Positions 31,127-41,265 are shown, counted from the first letter of the stretch. The stretch: 64,000 nucleotides of DNA from Promethearchaeia archaeon (GCA_029856155.1 JAHQWL010000052.1:1-64000); one strand, 5' to 3'. The notes: generated from the letters alone by a model not told the origin. Program-made: numbers and translations.

Positions 31127-31486
31127 ATGGGAAAAAATAAATATGGAAAAGGATTCCAGAAGGGAACACAATCAAAGGGAGGCGGTTCAAAACAAGGAGG
31201 GGATCCTGTTCATGGGGGAAAGATTAAAGCAAGCCACATTTTAGTGGAGAAGTTTAGTAAAGCGCAAGAACTTTATGAAGATTTAAAAGCAGGAGAAATA
31301 TTTGAACAATTAGCAAGGAAATATTCCACATGTCCAAGTAAGAAAAAGGGCGGCAATTTAGGTGAATTCGCTAAAGGTGATATGGTAGCTGAATTTTGGA
31401 ATGCGAGTGCTCAACTAAAAATTGGTGAAATTTCGCAACCTGTAAAATCTAAGTTTGGATATCATATTATTAAACGTACAGGATAA
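31127..31486 (+). CDS. Parvulin-type peptidyl-prolyl isomerase
   Basis: ASHILV, FEQLARKYSTCPS, GGNLG, MVAEF, FGYHII. Confidence 0.96.
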   Translation: MGKNKYGKGFQKGTQSKGGGSKQGGDPVHGGKIKASHILVEKFSKAQELYEDLKAGEIFEQLARKYSTCPSKKKGGNLGEFAKGDMVAEFWNASAQLKIGEISQPVKSKFGYHIIKRTG

Positions 31487-31505
31487 GATAATTATAAAAA
31501 GAAAA

Positions 31506-31578
31506 TAGCGGATAGCGGATTCGAACCGCTGTCTCGGGATTCAGAGTCCCAAATGCTTGACCTCTACACTAATCCGCT
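31506..31578 (-). tRNA. tRNA-Gln(CUG)
   Basis: AGCGGAT/ATCCGCT acceptor stem (A1-U72), anticodon loop CTCTGAA, TTCGAAT T-loop. Confidence 0.96.
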
Positions 31579-31778
31579 AAATTTATTATATTCCAAGGGA
31601 TTAGACTTCATTTACTAAAATCTATTGTAATTAATTTTTTAATATTTAAAATTTCTAAAAAACTTTACCTTAGATTTGATATCTGGCTTTATTTTATTAT
31701 AATTCTTAACTAAAAGGGATTTTTAATTAATAAAAAAATTAGGATAAATTTTTATTTACTCAGTACTATATAATAACT

Positions 31779-31918
31779 TGGACCACACCATAACATCTGG
31801 AGGACTTAAAAAGAGATCAGTTTAAAAACCTAATTTTTAATAACCCCGTGTGACTGAAAAAAAAACCCCGTATAAACTGAAAATACTTTTTTACTATATT
31901 CCTCCACGGTGTGATCCA
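31779..31918. ncRNA. Candidate structured ncRNA (strand uncertain)
   Basis: Three nested complementary stems (10-11, 7 and 8 bp) and an internal AACCCCGT..ACTGAAAA repeat in an AT-rich spacer. Confidence 0.5.
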
Positions 31919-31997
31919 CCTTTTTTAAATTAAATATTGATATCATATTGATATAATATATTTATAAAAGTAAATCTATTGCATAGAAAAAAGTAAA

Positions 31998-33215
31998 TTA
32001 TTTATTAGTTTGAAAGAGTTCATATATATCATTGAAATATTTGTCAGACATTCCCGCGATATAATCCCTCGCTATTAGAGTTAACTGTTTACTCTTTTTG
32101 AGAGTTTTAAAATAAGTACTGTAATTATGATTATCTATATATTCAATGTGATCTTTAAAAATAGGAGAACTATAATTATCTGTCTCTAAATCTTTTAAAC
32201 ATTTTTCAAAAATCAGTTCGAATTTTGCTTTTAACTTGTCTAAGAATGTTTTATCTGAAGAATTCTTCTTAAGTAAATCTCTTCTAACATAAATCATTTC
32301 ATAATTAAATGCCTTTAATTCCTTTAAGGCTTCAAAGATTTCACTGCTATAGCCAATCTCATCGGTATCTAAGCTATAATTTAATAAATCAGTAATTAGG
32401 GTGTTAATTATCTTAGGATTTGTATCCCCTAGAACTTTCTTACAATTTTCCGGAATATCTTCTCTCTTAATAAATTTCAATAGTATCGCATCTTCAATAT
32501 CTCTACCAATATAGCTGATAGTATCAGCAAATCTAGTGACAATAGCTTCATACGACATCGGTATTCTCTTAATTTTATTCTCATTAAAACAATCTTCATA
32601 TTCTCTAAAATGATCTTCCCACGTTTTTCCGTTTCTTTTGATTGGTCTCAAATTTTGTTCATTTACTTCTCCATCATGGCAAAGTATTCCATCAAGAACT
32701 TGTAAGCTCAAATTAAGTCCTTTCGCCGGTTTCTCTGGAAATCTTCTTTCAAGGTAAGAAAGCCATCTTATCCCTTGACCATTATGACTAAAACTTCCCA
32801 TATTATAATTACTGCTGATATTATTAAGTATTTCTTCACCTAAATGCCCAAATGGAGAATGACCAATATCGTGCCCTAAAGCAATTGCTTCAATTAGATC
32901 CGTATTAAGTCTTAACACTCGCCCAATTTGGCGAGCCATTCTTGAAACTATATGAACATGAAGCGAACGATGAGTGATATTAGCATTATTTACATTGAAA
33001 AAAACCTGAGATTTATCAATATAGCGGGCATACGCTTTTGAATGAACAATACGATCTACATCTCTAAAAAAGGGAGGTCGTATATCTACACTTGTCTCTT
33101 TATAGAATCTAATTGATTCTGAATCAAATATACCGTGAATTCCGACATTAACATCTCTTTTCATCCGTGTTTGTAACAAATCTATCATTTTATTGTCCAT
33201 TGTTTTAAAACCCAA
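31998..33215 (-). CDS. dgt: dGTP triphosphohydrolase-like HD protein
   Basis: FFRDVDRIVHS, KSQV, THRSLH, HDIGHSPFGHLGE, ADTISY, DYIAGMSD. Confidence 0.9.
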   Translation of the reverse strand: MGFKTMDNKMIDLLQTRMKRDVNVGIHGIFDSESIRFYKETSVDIRPPFFRDVDRIVHSKAYARYIDKSQVFFNVNNANITHRSLHVHIVSRMARQIGRVLRLNTDLIEAIALGHDIGHSPFGHLGEEILNNISSNYNMGSFSHNGQGIRWLSYLERRFPEKPAKGLNLSLQVLDGILCHDGEVNEQNLRPIKRNGKTWEDHFREYEDCFNENKIKRIPMSYEAIVTRFADTISYIGRDIEDAILLKFIKREDIPENCKKVLGDTNPKIINTLITDLLNYSLDTDEIGYSSEIFEALKELKAFNYEMIYVRRDLLKKNSSDKTFLDKLKAKFELIFEKCLKDLETDNYSSPIFKDHIEYIDNHNYSTYFKTLKKSKQLTLIARDYIAGMSDKYFNDIYELFQTNK

Positions 33216-33360
33216 TATTCAATGTTAATATCTTCTATGCTATTGATATAAGATTAGATAGGCTATTATAAAGATTTTGCTTATATTATGAATTAGAAGT
33301 TAAAATTTTAATTTAATTTTAGGAGTTCTACCTTTAGAAATTAGAAATATATATAAAAAT

Positions 33361-34302
33361 TCAACCAAATTTTATATCAATTGCAGAATAGGGGCATTTT
33401 TCTTTACATTTCAGGCAGTAATTGCATTCTCCTTTACCAGTAAAAAATTCAAATGGTTCATCTAATATTCTTATTTGTTTTGGGCATACCTTTTCGCATA
33501 TTCCACATTCAGTTCGTCCAACACATCTTACAGGGCTTCGAGATAACTTTAAAAACGAATATTCACTAATTGCAGAAGAGACTGCGGCAAATGGGCAAAT
33601 ATATCTACAATAAACTCGAGGATACCATATCGATGCAATTATAATGATCAAATAGAAGATTGAGATGAAAAAAACTAAAAGATTGGAAAAAATCGGCCCT
33701 AAACTACTAGTTTGAAAAATTTCACGAATCATATTTGGAAAGAAGACAAAAATATATTCCGCTAAAGAAAAATAAGAGAGGGGTTTATCTCCTAAATCAC
33801 CTAGATTCGCTCTATAATCAATATAAAATGATACACTTGTAGTTGCTGTAATTCCTAGAGGGATAAGTATAATAACTAAAAAAATCACTAATGCATACTT
33901 AATCTTCAATAATGATTTATGTGTGCTTGGTTTTATAGTCTTCTTTTTTGTTGGAATTGCAGCACAGGCATCTTGAATTGTCCCAATAGGGCATATCCAT
34001 CCGCAAAAAAATCTACTTGTCAATATTATTATTACAATTAAAATTCCTATTAGAAAAATTGGAATTATTCCTTCTGTTATAGAAAAGAAAATATATTCTA
34101 ACATTCCTGCACCATTTGAAAGCGGATTTCTGGGAGAATTCAAAATTGGAAGTACCTTTAGTAGCCCCTCTAATCCAATCAAATTAATAGAAAAGATTAA
34201 TTCCAAGATAACATAATTAATAAGGATAAATGCGAAAATCTGAACTATTCTTCTAAATATAGTTATCAAATGATTTCTTAACTTAAAGTTTTTTAAATCC
34301 AA
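33361..34302 (-). CDS. Membrane 4Fe-4S binding protein (NapH/MauN-like)
   Basis: RFFCGWICP, RVYCRYICP, two ferredoxin-type Cys clusters. Confidence 0.88.
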   Translation of the reverse strand: MDLKNFKLRNHLITIFRRIVQIFAFILINYVILELIFSINLIGLEGLLKVLPILNSPRNPLSNGAGMLEYIFFSITEGIIPIFLIGILIVIIILTSRFFCGWICPIGTIQDACAAIPTKKKTIKPSTHKSLLKIKYALVIFLVIILIPLGITATTSVSFYIDYRANLGDLGDKPLSYFSLAEYIFVFFPNMIREIFQTSSLGPIFSNLLVFFISIFYLIIIIASIWYPRVYCRYICPFAAVSSAISEYSFLKLSRSPVRCVGRTECGICEKVCPKQIRILDEPFEFFTGKGECNYCLKCKEKCPYSAIDIKFG

Positions 34303-34528
34303 AAAATACCACTGAGCACTCTTTTTCTTAAAAAGATTAATTAATACTGTTTAAAAAAATTAATTTTTCTCAGAAAAAACAAAAAAAAGAAATTGCAGTT
34401 CAGTGAAATATACTCATTAATTTGGATTTCATATATAATCCAATATTGGATATTATTTCTCGAAGAATAAAAGGGATTTTAGATATTTAAATCATATCTC
34501 CTAGTAAGTTTACTATTTTGTTGAACTA

Positions 34529-36439
34529 TTACTTAAGAAAGAGAGTTTCCAGATTTTTAGGACTTTTTGTTGACTTTCTAAGCTTTTTATGTATCATAGT
34601 TGAAAGACTTATACATTTACTTTCTTCTCCGTGATTCACTATAACTGTTTTTGGGCGTGGTTGGATTCTCCTCAAGAATTGGGAAATTTGGCTTCGGGAC
34701 GAATGACCCGAAAAACCTTCTAATGTGAATACCTTTAAATTCAATTTTACTAGCTGTGTTCTCCCTTTCGCATCTACATATTGGAATTCTCGGAATCCAC
34801 GTTGAACACGGGAACCCAATGTACCATAAACTTGATAAGATACGAAGATCAGCGAATTATTAGCATCATTTGCTAGAGATCGTAAATACTGAACAGAAGG
34901 ACCACCAATGAGCATACCACTAGTAGCTAATATAATGCAAGGTCCTCCTTTAATAATGTCTAATCTTTCTTCTTGAGCAGAAACGGTCTCGAAATAATCA
35001 CTTAAAAATGGATTCTTCCCTTGATGTAAGATCTTTTCTCTTAGATCACTACTCAAGAAATCGGGATTAGCAGTATGGATAGCAGTAGCTTCACTAATCA
35101 GTCCATCAATAAAAATAGGTACTTTATCGATAAAACCTTTTGAAATATATTCTTCTAAGACTATTAATAATTCTTGAGCTCTCCCAACTGCTAAAACGGG
35201 AATTAAAACTTTTCCTCCTCTTTTCAGAGTTGCATTTAAAATCTGTTTAAGTTCTCTTTCAGATTCTTGCCTACTAGGAATACGATCTTGTGGTCCTCCA
35301 TATGTAGATTCAATTAATAGACTTTCTACTCTTGGAAATTTAACAGCAGCTTTTTCTAATAGCCGGGTTTTTTGATATTTAAAATCGCCTGTATACACAA
35401 AATTATAATCTCCCTTTCCAAAGTGAAGGTGAACCATTGATGATCCTAAAATATGACCCGAATTATGAAGTGTTAACTTAATATCTGGTGCAATATCGGT
35501 TACCTTTCCCCAAGAAAGAGGAATTGTATGAAGTACAGTTGATTTGACATCTCTTTTTGAATATGGTGATGGGATTCCTTCTTTTTCGCAAATTTGAATA
35601 AAATCTAATTGTAGCATTGTTGATAGATTACGTGTGGGTAATGTGCAATAAACTGGACCACGGTATCCATATTTATATAGAAATGGTACAAGTCCACAAT
35701 GATCTAAATGTGCATGTGAAATTATTACAGCATCGAGATCTCTTACTGAAAATTCAGGTACGTCGAAGTATGGAAATTTATCATTTGGATTCCCTACATT
35801 TAATCCACAATCTAATAATACATTACTATCCCTAGTTTGTATTAATATACACGATCTTCCTACTTCCCTAAAACCACCTAAGGCATGCATCCTAATATTC
35901 AAATCTCTAAAGAGAGCAGGTCTGTGAATTCTTTTCCCAATTTCTAATAAAATATCTTTTTGAGTTTGGCGTTCTTTTGTAAGCATTCCCCTAATTAATT
36001 GTATAGTTCTTGAAGTTAATGGAGGAGTTCGTATAGTTTTAGGTTGCCAAAAGGTATTGGTTCTTATCTCCTTTAGATTAGCGCCTTTTTTGCCAATAAC
36101 AAGCCCTGGTTTCCCAGATTCTATTATTACTTCGCCTCTTGTATGATCAAATTCAATAGCGGAAATCTCAGCATCTTCATTAATTAAATTTCTAATGTAA
36201 GCCTCGGTTTCGGCGGGATCCTTACGTTTTTCTACATTCCATCGAAAAACAACACGTTTTCGCATGGTTTTTGCTAAATCTTTTAATACTGTTGAACTTT
36301 CAGTAGCTTCTACATCTGAATTTTCTGAATATACAGCAATTTCAGGACCTTCAAATTCAATCTTTTTGACATTAATATCTGGTGGTAGATTTTGGATAAT
36401 TTCCTCTTTAATTCGCTCCAATTCACTTTCAAAACTCAT
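34529..36439 (-). CDS. fttA: beta-CASP ribonuclease aCPSF1 (FttA)
   Basis: Two KH domains, GGFREVGRS, SHAHLDH, ESTYG, GFSGHS, HGE. Confidence 0.96.
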   Translation of the reverse strand: MSFESELERIKEEIIQNLPPDINVKKIEFEGPEIAVYSENSDVEATESSTVLKDLAKTMRKRVVFRWNVEKRKDPAETEAYIRNLINEDAEISAIEFDHTRGEVIIESGKPGLVIGKKGANLKEIRTNTFWQPKTIRTPPLTSRTIQLIRGMLTKERQTQKDILLEIGKRIHRPALFRDLNIRMHALGGFREVGRSCILIQTRDSNVLLDCGLNVGNPNDKFPYFDVPEFSVRDLDAVIISHAHLDHCGLVPFLYKYGYRGPVYCTLPTRNLSTMLQLDFIQICEKEGIPSPYSKRDVKSTVLHTIPLSWGKVTDIAPDIKLTLHNSGHILGSSMVHLHFGKGDYNFVYTGDFKYQKTRLLEKAAVKFPRVESLLIESTYGGPQDRIPSRQESERELKQILNATLKRGGKVLIPVLAVGRAQELLIVLEEYISKGFIDKVPIFIDGLISEATAIHTANPDFLSSDLREKILHQGKNPFLSDYFETVSAQEERLDIIKGGPCIILATSGMLIGGPSVQYLRSLANDANNSLIFVSYQVYGTLGSRVQRGFREFQYVDAKGRTQLVKLNLKVFTLEGFSGHSSRSQISQFLRRIQPRPKTVIVNHGEESKCISLSTMIHKKLRKSTKSPKNLETLFLK

Positions 36440-36869
36440 AAATCTTCATTATTGTAGTTAATTAATTTTTCTATTTGATAATTTAATTTTACAGTTAAAT
36501 TGTGAAATTTAGATTCTATCTTCTTGGTTTTATAATTTGTCTCTCCTATTAATATGGCTCTATATTCGCGTATTTATTAATAACACTTGAAATTTCATAT
36601 ATACGTAAATACCGTTTTTTAATTTGTAAATGCTAATTTTTAATAAATAGTATTACATTCTCTTACAATATAGTTTACTTACAGAAGAGAATAATTTTTA
36701 GAATGAAATATTACTAAATTTCTAAGATAAATATGAATTAATAAAATAAAAACATTTTCATTATAGTTTATCTAAAAAATTATTATATTTTCTTTTTCTA
36801 ACTCTTTCCCCTTTGATAATTCTTCATTAATAAGTTATATTTTTTTGATAGAAAATTATAGATTATATT

Positions 36870-37502
36870 ATGGGAAAACTAAAAATAGGAGCAATTGCAT
36901 CTGGTTCGGGCTCGAATTTTGAAGCAATAGTTAACGCATGTGAAACGGGGATTTTAAAAGATAAAGCAACTGTAAAAGTATTAATTTGTAATAAAGTTGG
37001 AGCTTATTGTATGGAAAGAGCTAAAAATCATAATATACCTTATGTTTTAATTGAATCAGACAAGCATAGAGGAACAAGAGAGGAATTTGACCAGAAAATG
37101 ATAGAGGTGCTAAAAAAATACGGAGGTGAACTTATTGTGCTTGTTGGTTACATGCGTTATATCAGTGAAATGTTCTTAGACCATTTTAAAGGGAATATTA
37201 TGAATATTCACCCGGCTCTTCTTCCGAGTTTTAAAGGTATGCATGCCCATGAAGACACATTAGCCTATGGCGTTAAGGTCTCGGGAGTAACTGTTCATTT
37301 TGTGGATATTCATGAAGATCATGGACCCATAATCATCCAAAAATGTGTGCCTGTTTATGATACAGATACTAAAGAGACTTTAGGCCCTCGAGTTTTAAAA
37401 TGGGAACATAAGGTTTTTCCAAAAGCCATAGAACTTTTCTGTGATGGGAGATTGCATATTGATGGAAGAATAGTACGTATTGATGGTGAAGTTAAATTAT
37501 AA
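36870..37502 (+). CDS. purN: Phosphoribosylglycinamide formyltransferase
   Basis: SGSGSNFEA, NIHPALLPSF, SGVTVHFV, DHGPII. Confidence 0.96.
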   Translation: MGKLKIGAIASGSGSNFEAIVNACETGILKDKATVKVLICNKVGAYCMERAKNHNIPYVLIESDKHRGTREEFDQKMIEVLKKYGGELIVLVGYMRYISEMFLDHFKGNIMNIHPALLPSFKGMHAHEDTLAYGVKVSGVTVHFVDIHEDHGPIIIQKCVPVYDTDTKETLGPRVLKWEHKVFPKAIELFCDGRLHIDGRIVRIDGEVKL

Positions 37503-37521
37503 ATTCCTCTTACTAATAATA

Positions 37522-37622
37522 GGGAAATGATTTTTTAATGTGCTATCTGACCCAACTGAAATTGATAATATTATTATCAATTAAATGAAGAAGATCTTGA
37601 GTAGCGAGAAAAATCATTTCCC
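37522..37622 (+). ncRNA. Candidate box C/D guide sRNA (predicted target tRNA-Leu(CAA) C34)
   Basis: 14-bp terminal stem, D' CTGA, C' ATGAAGA, covarying C/D boxes, guide GATCTTGAGT. Confidence 0.7.
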
Positions 37623-37710
37623 GCTTATTTTCATTAAACATAAATCCTAAGATTTTAATCAAAGTATTTATAATCTTAAATAATATCGTAGAAATGTTAA
37701 TCATTGAAAA

Positions 37711-39900
37711 ATGCCGCATCGAAAGGAAATATCCGAAATACTGAATTTAATGGAGAAAACTGAGAATATTAGAAATTTTGGCCTTGTAGGTCATATAGAT
37801 CACGGAAAGACTACGCTTTCTGATTCTTTATTAAGTGAAGCGGGATTTTTATCACCGGATTTAGCAGGTGAAGCACGAGCTTTAGACTTTCTTGAAGAGG
37901 AACAAAGAAGAGGCATTACTATGAAATCTGCAAACATTTCTTTATATTATGAGAAATCTCTTGAAGGACATGATCCATTTCTTATTAATTTAGTTGATAC
38001 ACCAGGTCATTTGGATTTTAGCGGAAAAGTAACTCGTGCCTTAAGGCTAGTTGATGGTGTTGTTGTAGTAGTAGATGCCGTTGAGGAAGTAATTACACAA
38101 TCTGAAACGGTAATTAAGCAAGCTCTCCAAGAAGGAGTTAAACCAGTATTATTCATTAATAAAATAGATCGTTTAATAAGAGAATTGAAGCTTTCTGATG
38201 AAGAGATTAAAAAGAAATATATAAGGATAATTAAATCATTTAACATCCTAATAGAAAGATATGCCGAACATCCATTCAATAAACGATGGAAGGTATCTCC
38301 ACTAGCGGGAAATGTGGCATTTGGTTCAGCACTTCATAAATGGGGGTTTAATTTAAATATTTTAGAAAAAAGTGCTATAAAATTTAAAGATATTAGGGAA
38401 AGATATAATAAAGACACGTATACAAAAGAAACTTATGCTGACTTACCTATGTATCTTCCAATTCATAGAGCAATATTGGAAATGGTTGTCGATCATTTAC
38501 CAAATCCAAAAGAAGCGCAAAAATATAGAATTGAAAAGATATGGGATGGGGATATTAATTCTGAATTGGGAAAAGCTATGGTTAACTGTGATCCTAATGG
38601 TCCTTTTATAGTATGTTTAAGTAAAGTACAAGTAGATAAACATGGTTTAATCTCAACAGGAAGGATCTTTTCGGGGAGCTGTACAAATAAAAAGGAGATC
38701 TTTCTTTTAAATGAAAATAGTTATGATAGAATTCAAAGAATTGCTATCTTTATGGGACAGAGAAGGGAACAAGTTGAAAAAATACCTGTTGGGAATATAG
38801 TAGCGATAGAAGGGCTCAAAAGGATAAAAAGTGGGGAGACAATAATAGATAGTAATAGTATTGATGGAATGGTACCATTCGAAAGTGTGAAATATATCAC
38901 AACGCCCGTTGTGACTGTCTCCATTGAACCAGAATATCTAAGAGACCTTGAGAAAATGAAAGAATTAATTGAGAAGGTATTAATTGAAGATCCAAATTTA
39001 AGATTCGAAATTAATGAAGAAAATGGAGAATTCTTATTATCTGGGATGGGTCCATTACATCTTGAAGTTACAGCTAATGAAATTGGGAAAAGAGGAGTAA
39101 ATATATCCACTTCAGAACCTAGAGCCGTTTTTAAAGAATCTTGTCGTAAACATTCTTCTTTAATTTCAGTAAACTCTCCCAATGGTCAAGGATCTCTTAA
39201 ATTGAAAATTGAAAGATTAGATGATAAAACTATACGATTTTTTCGAAATATTGATTACAAAACAATAAAACCTTTTAGCAAATTAATAGAAATCTTGAAT
39301 GAAAAAACCTCTCTAGGTAAAGAAGAAGTCGAAAATTTCTTGATGTGTGATTATGATCAAAACATATTAATTTACAAGGGAGATTTTGAACTAACTGACT
39401 TTTATAAAGATATAATTTTTGAAATTGTTGAAAAAATTCATCTAAACGGTCCACTAAGTTCTGAAAAACTTACAGAAATTAAGATAGTTGTTGAGTCTTT
39501 AGATATTGAAAAGATCTCTCAAGAAAATATATTTAATGAATTATCAGTAATGTTCTATGAAGCAATAAAAGCAGGATTAATTGAAGCAGAATTAATTCTA
39601 TTGGAACCAATTTATCATACAATCATCCAACTCCCTCCGGATTACATTAAAAATACGATTACTTTACTTTCAAAATATTCTGCAAAGATTAAAAGTATAG
39701 ACCAAGATAAAGAATACCAAGCAGTTATTGAGATCTTAATGCCGGTAAGGCATTCAATCAAATTTGCTGAAGAAGTTCGATCAACTACATCTGGTAGAGC
39801 TTTTTGGCAGAATGAATTTTTTGCATTTATGGAGGTTCCAAAACACGAATATCAAAGACTTATTAAAGACATTAATTTTTTTAAAGGAATTTCCTGGTAA
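37711..39900 (+). CDS. Translation elongation factor 2 paralog (aEF-2p), no diphthamide motif
   Basis: GHIDHGKT, RGIT, DTPGH, NKID, GMGPLHL; the domain IV HRG motif is absent. Confidence 0.9.
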   Translation: MPHRKEISEILNLMEKTENIRNFGLVGHIDHGKTTLSDSLLSEAGFLSPDLAGEARALDFLEEEQRRGITMKSANISLYYEKSLEGHDPFLINLVDTPGHLDFSGKVTRALRLVDGVVVVVDAVEEVITQSETVIKQALQEGVKPVLFINKIDRLIRELKLSDEEIKKKYIRIIKSFNILIERYAEHPFNKRWKVSPLAGNVAFGSALHKWGFNLNILEKSAIKFKDIRERYNKDTYTKETYADLPMYLPIHRAILEMVVDHLPNPKEAQKYRIEKIWDGDINSELGKAMVNCDPNGPFIVCLSKVQVDKHGLISTGRIFSGSCTNKKEIFLLNENSYDRIQRIAIFMGQRREQVEKIPVGNIVAIEGLKRIKSGETIIDSNSIDGMVPFESVKYITTPVVTVSIEPEYLRDLEKMKELIEKVLIEDPNLRFEINEENGEFLLSGMGPLHLEVTANEIGKRGVNISTSEPRAVFKESCRKHSSLISVNSPNGQGSLKLKIERLDDKTIRFFRNIDYKTIKPFSKLIEILNEKTSLGKEEVENFLMCDYDQNILIYKGDFELTDFYKDIIFEIVEKIHLNGPLSSEKLTEIKIVVESLDIEKISQENIFNELSVMFYEAIKAGLIEAELILLEPIYHTIIQLPPDYIKNTITLLSKYSAKIKSIDQDKEYQAVIEILMPVRHSIKFAEEVRSTTSGRAFWQNEFFAFMEVPKHEYQRLIKDINFFKGISW

Positions 39901-39960
39901 AAATTTGATCTTTTCCTTCATATTCTTGCTTCTGAGACATTTTTTACGTACCTCTCTTTT

Positions 39961-40773
39961 TTAAATTATAAAATATTGGTTAATGTTATTTTCAAATTCG
40001 TTAAATGGAGTAACATCTCCATTAAACTCTTTTATATAATCTCGGAACTGATAAAGAAATTCATCTGCAATGAGACACATATACCTTTGAAGTAGAGAAT
40101 TCATGTTTTCTACTAAAAAGGCAAAAATAACCTTACTTTTTGATATAACGTGGAACTGCTGATTCCCAAAATTTATTTCTTTTAATTTCGCACCTGTTTC
40201 TTTTCCAATTATAGTATTTGAAAACGATAGCAGAGCTGAAATAAATCCCCCAATATGGACTTCGTGATCTGCTATATTTGAACGATTTTTATTAATTTTT
40301 GAAATAAAGGGACTTCCTGTGGAACCTAAGATAAAAATCGCAATAATCCCATCAGTTTTTGGGATTTCAATTTCGGATTCGAAGATCTTAGTTATTTCTA
40401 AGATTGATGCATTTGCAAGAATTTTCTTATTAATTTTTTTTGATAAAAAATACAGCTCTGGGAATTTAACTGAACGTTCTTTTTCTTCCATATATATTAT
40501 TACAGAAATATTATTTTCCTTTTTCTTAAAATACTGAATAAAAATTGTAAAATTATCTAAAGAGATAATTGAATTTCCTTGTTTTTTAGTAATAATTTCA
40601 TTTTTATATAATTCAAGAATGTTTTGTATTAGGGGCATTCCTATTCCTTTTTGAAAGATTATATTAAATTTTCCTCCAGCATCAATTTCTGAGATTGTTA
40701 ATAAACCATAACCCAGCATTTGCAGTTTTTCTGAATTATTATTACTGTTTTGAGCCTTATTCATAGGTATCAT
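39961..40773 (-). CDS. Longin-like domain protein (likely two longin-like units)
   Basis: IFILGSTGSP...GGFISALLSFS...LKEINFG...FLYQF...F.GDV..F. Confidence 0.65.
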   Translation of the reverse strand: MIPMNKAQNSNNNSEKLQMLGYGLLTISEIDAGGKFNIIFQKGIGMPLIQNILELYKNEIITKKQGNSIISLDNFTIFIQYFKKKENNISVIIYMEEKERSVKFPELYFLSKKINKKILANASILEITKIFESEIEIPKTDGIIAIFILGSTGSPFISKINKNRSNIADHEVHIGGFISALLSFSNTIIGKETGAKLKEINFGNQQFHVISKSKVIFAFLVENMNSLLQRYMCLIADEFLYQFRDYIKEFNGDVTPFNEFENNINQYFII

Positions 40774-41265
40774 ATTTTCTTCATACGGGTTTTTTATAGA
40801 TTCTGTGTTTATGAATAATGACCATGATTTTTCGATAATATTACAATTCTCTAATATAAAATAGTTAACACCAAACCAAATTTTTGTTGTAAAATATTAG
40901 TCGTTCTTTTAGTTTTTTAGTATTTTTCTTAATTATGAACTAAAAGATTTATATCGGAAAATATATATAAAGTTATTGTTATAAAAAAATGTTATCCAAA
41001 TGTAAAACACATTTTTTTTTTACATTTAATAAAATCAAATTGAGATTTGTCATCAGGGATATATACGCCTTTTTTTTAAATATAACCCTGTATTTTGAAT
41101 AAGTATATAGATGTTGACTATGACAATGATTTAAATATCTCAAAAAAAATTACATAATTAATAGATCTTTGAATGTCAAATTTCATTTAAAAATATATGA
41201 TTACATACAAATAATAGATTTGAACACAAAAACATTATTACAAATACTGAAGATAAGACATTATC

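Noticed and set aside
37556-37592. Hairpin with TGAA considered as a Loki-type SECIS or a purine-related riboswitch after purN
   Set aside because: No GA directly 3' of the helix, no apical AA, no in-frame UGA selenoprotein nearby, no riboswitch consensus; a C'/D' kink-turn fits better
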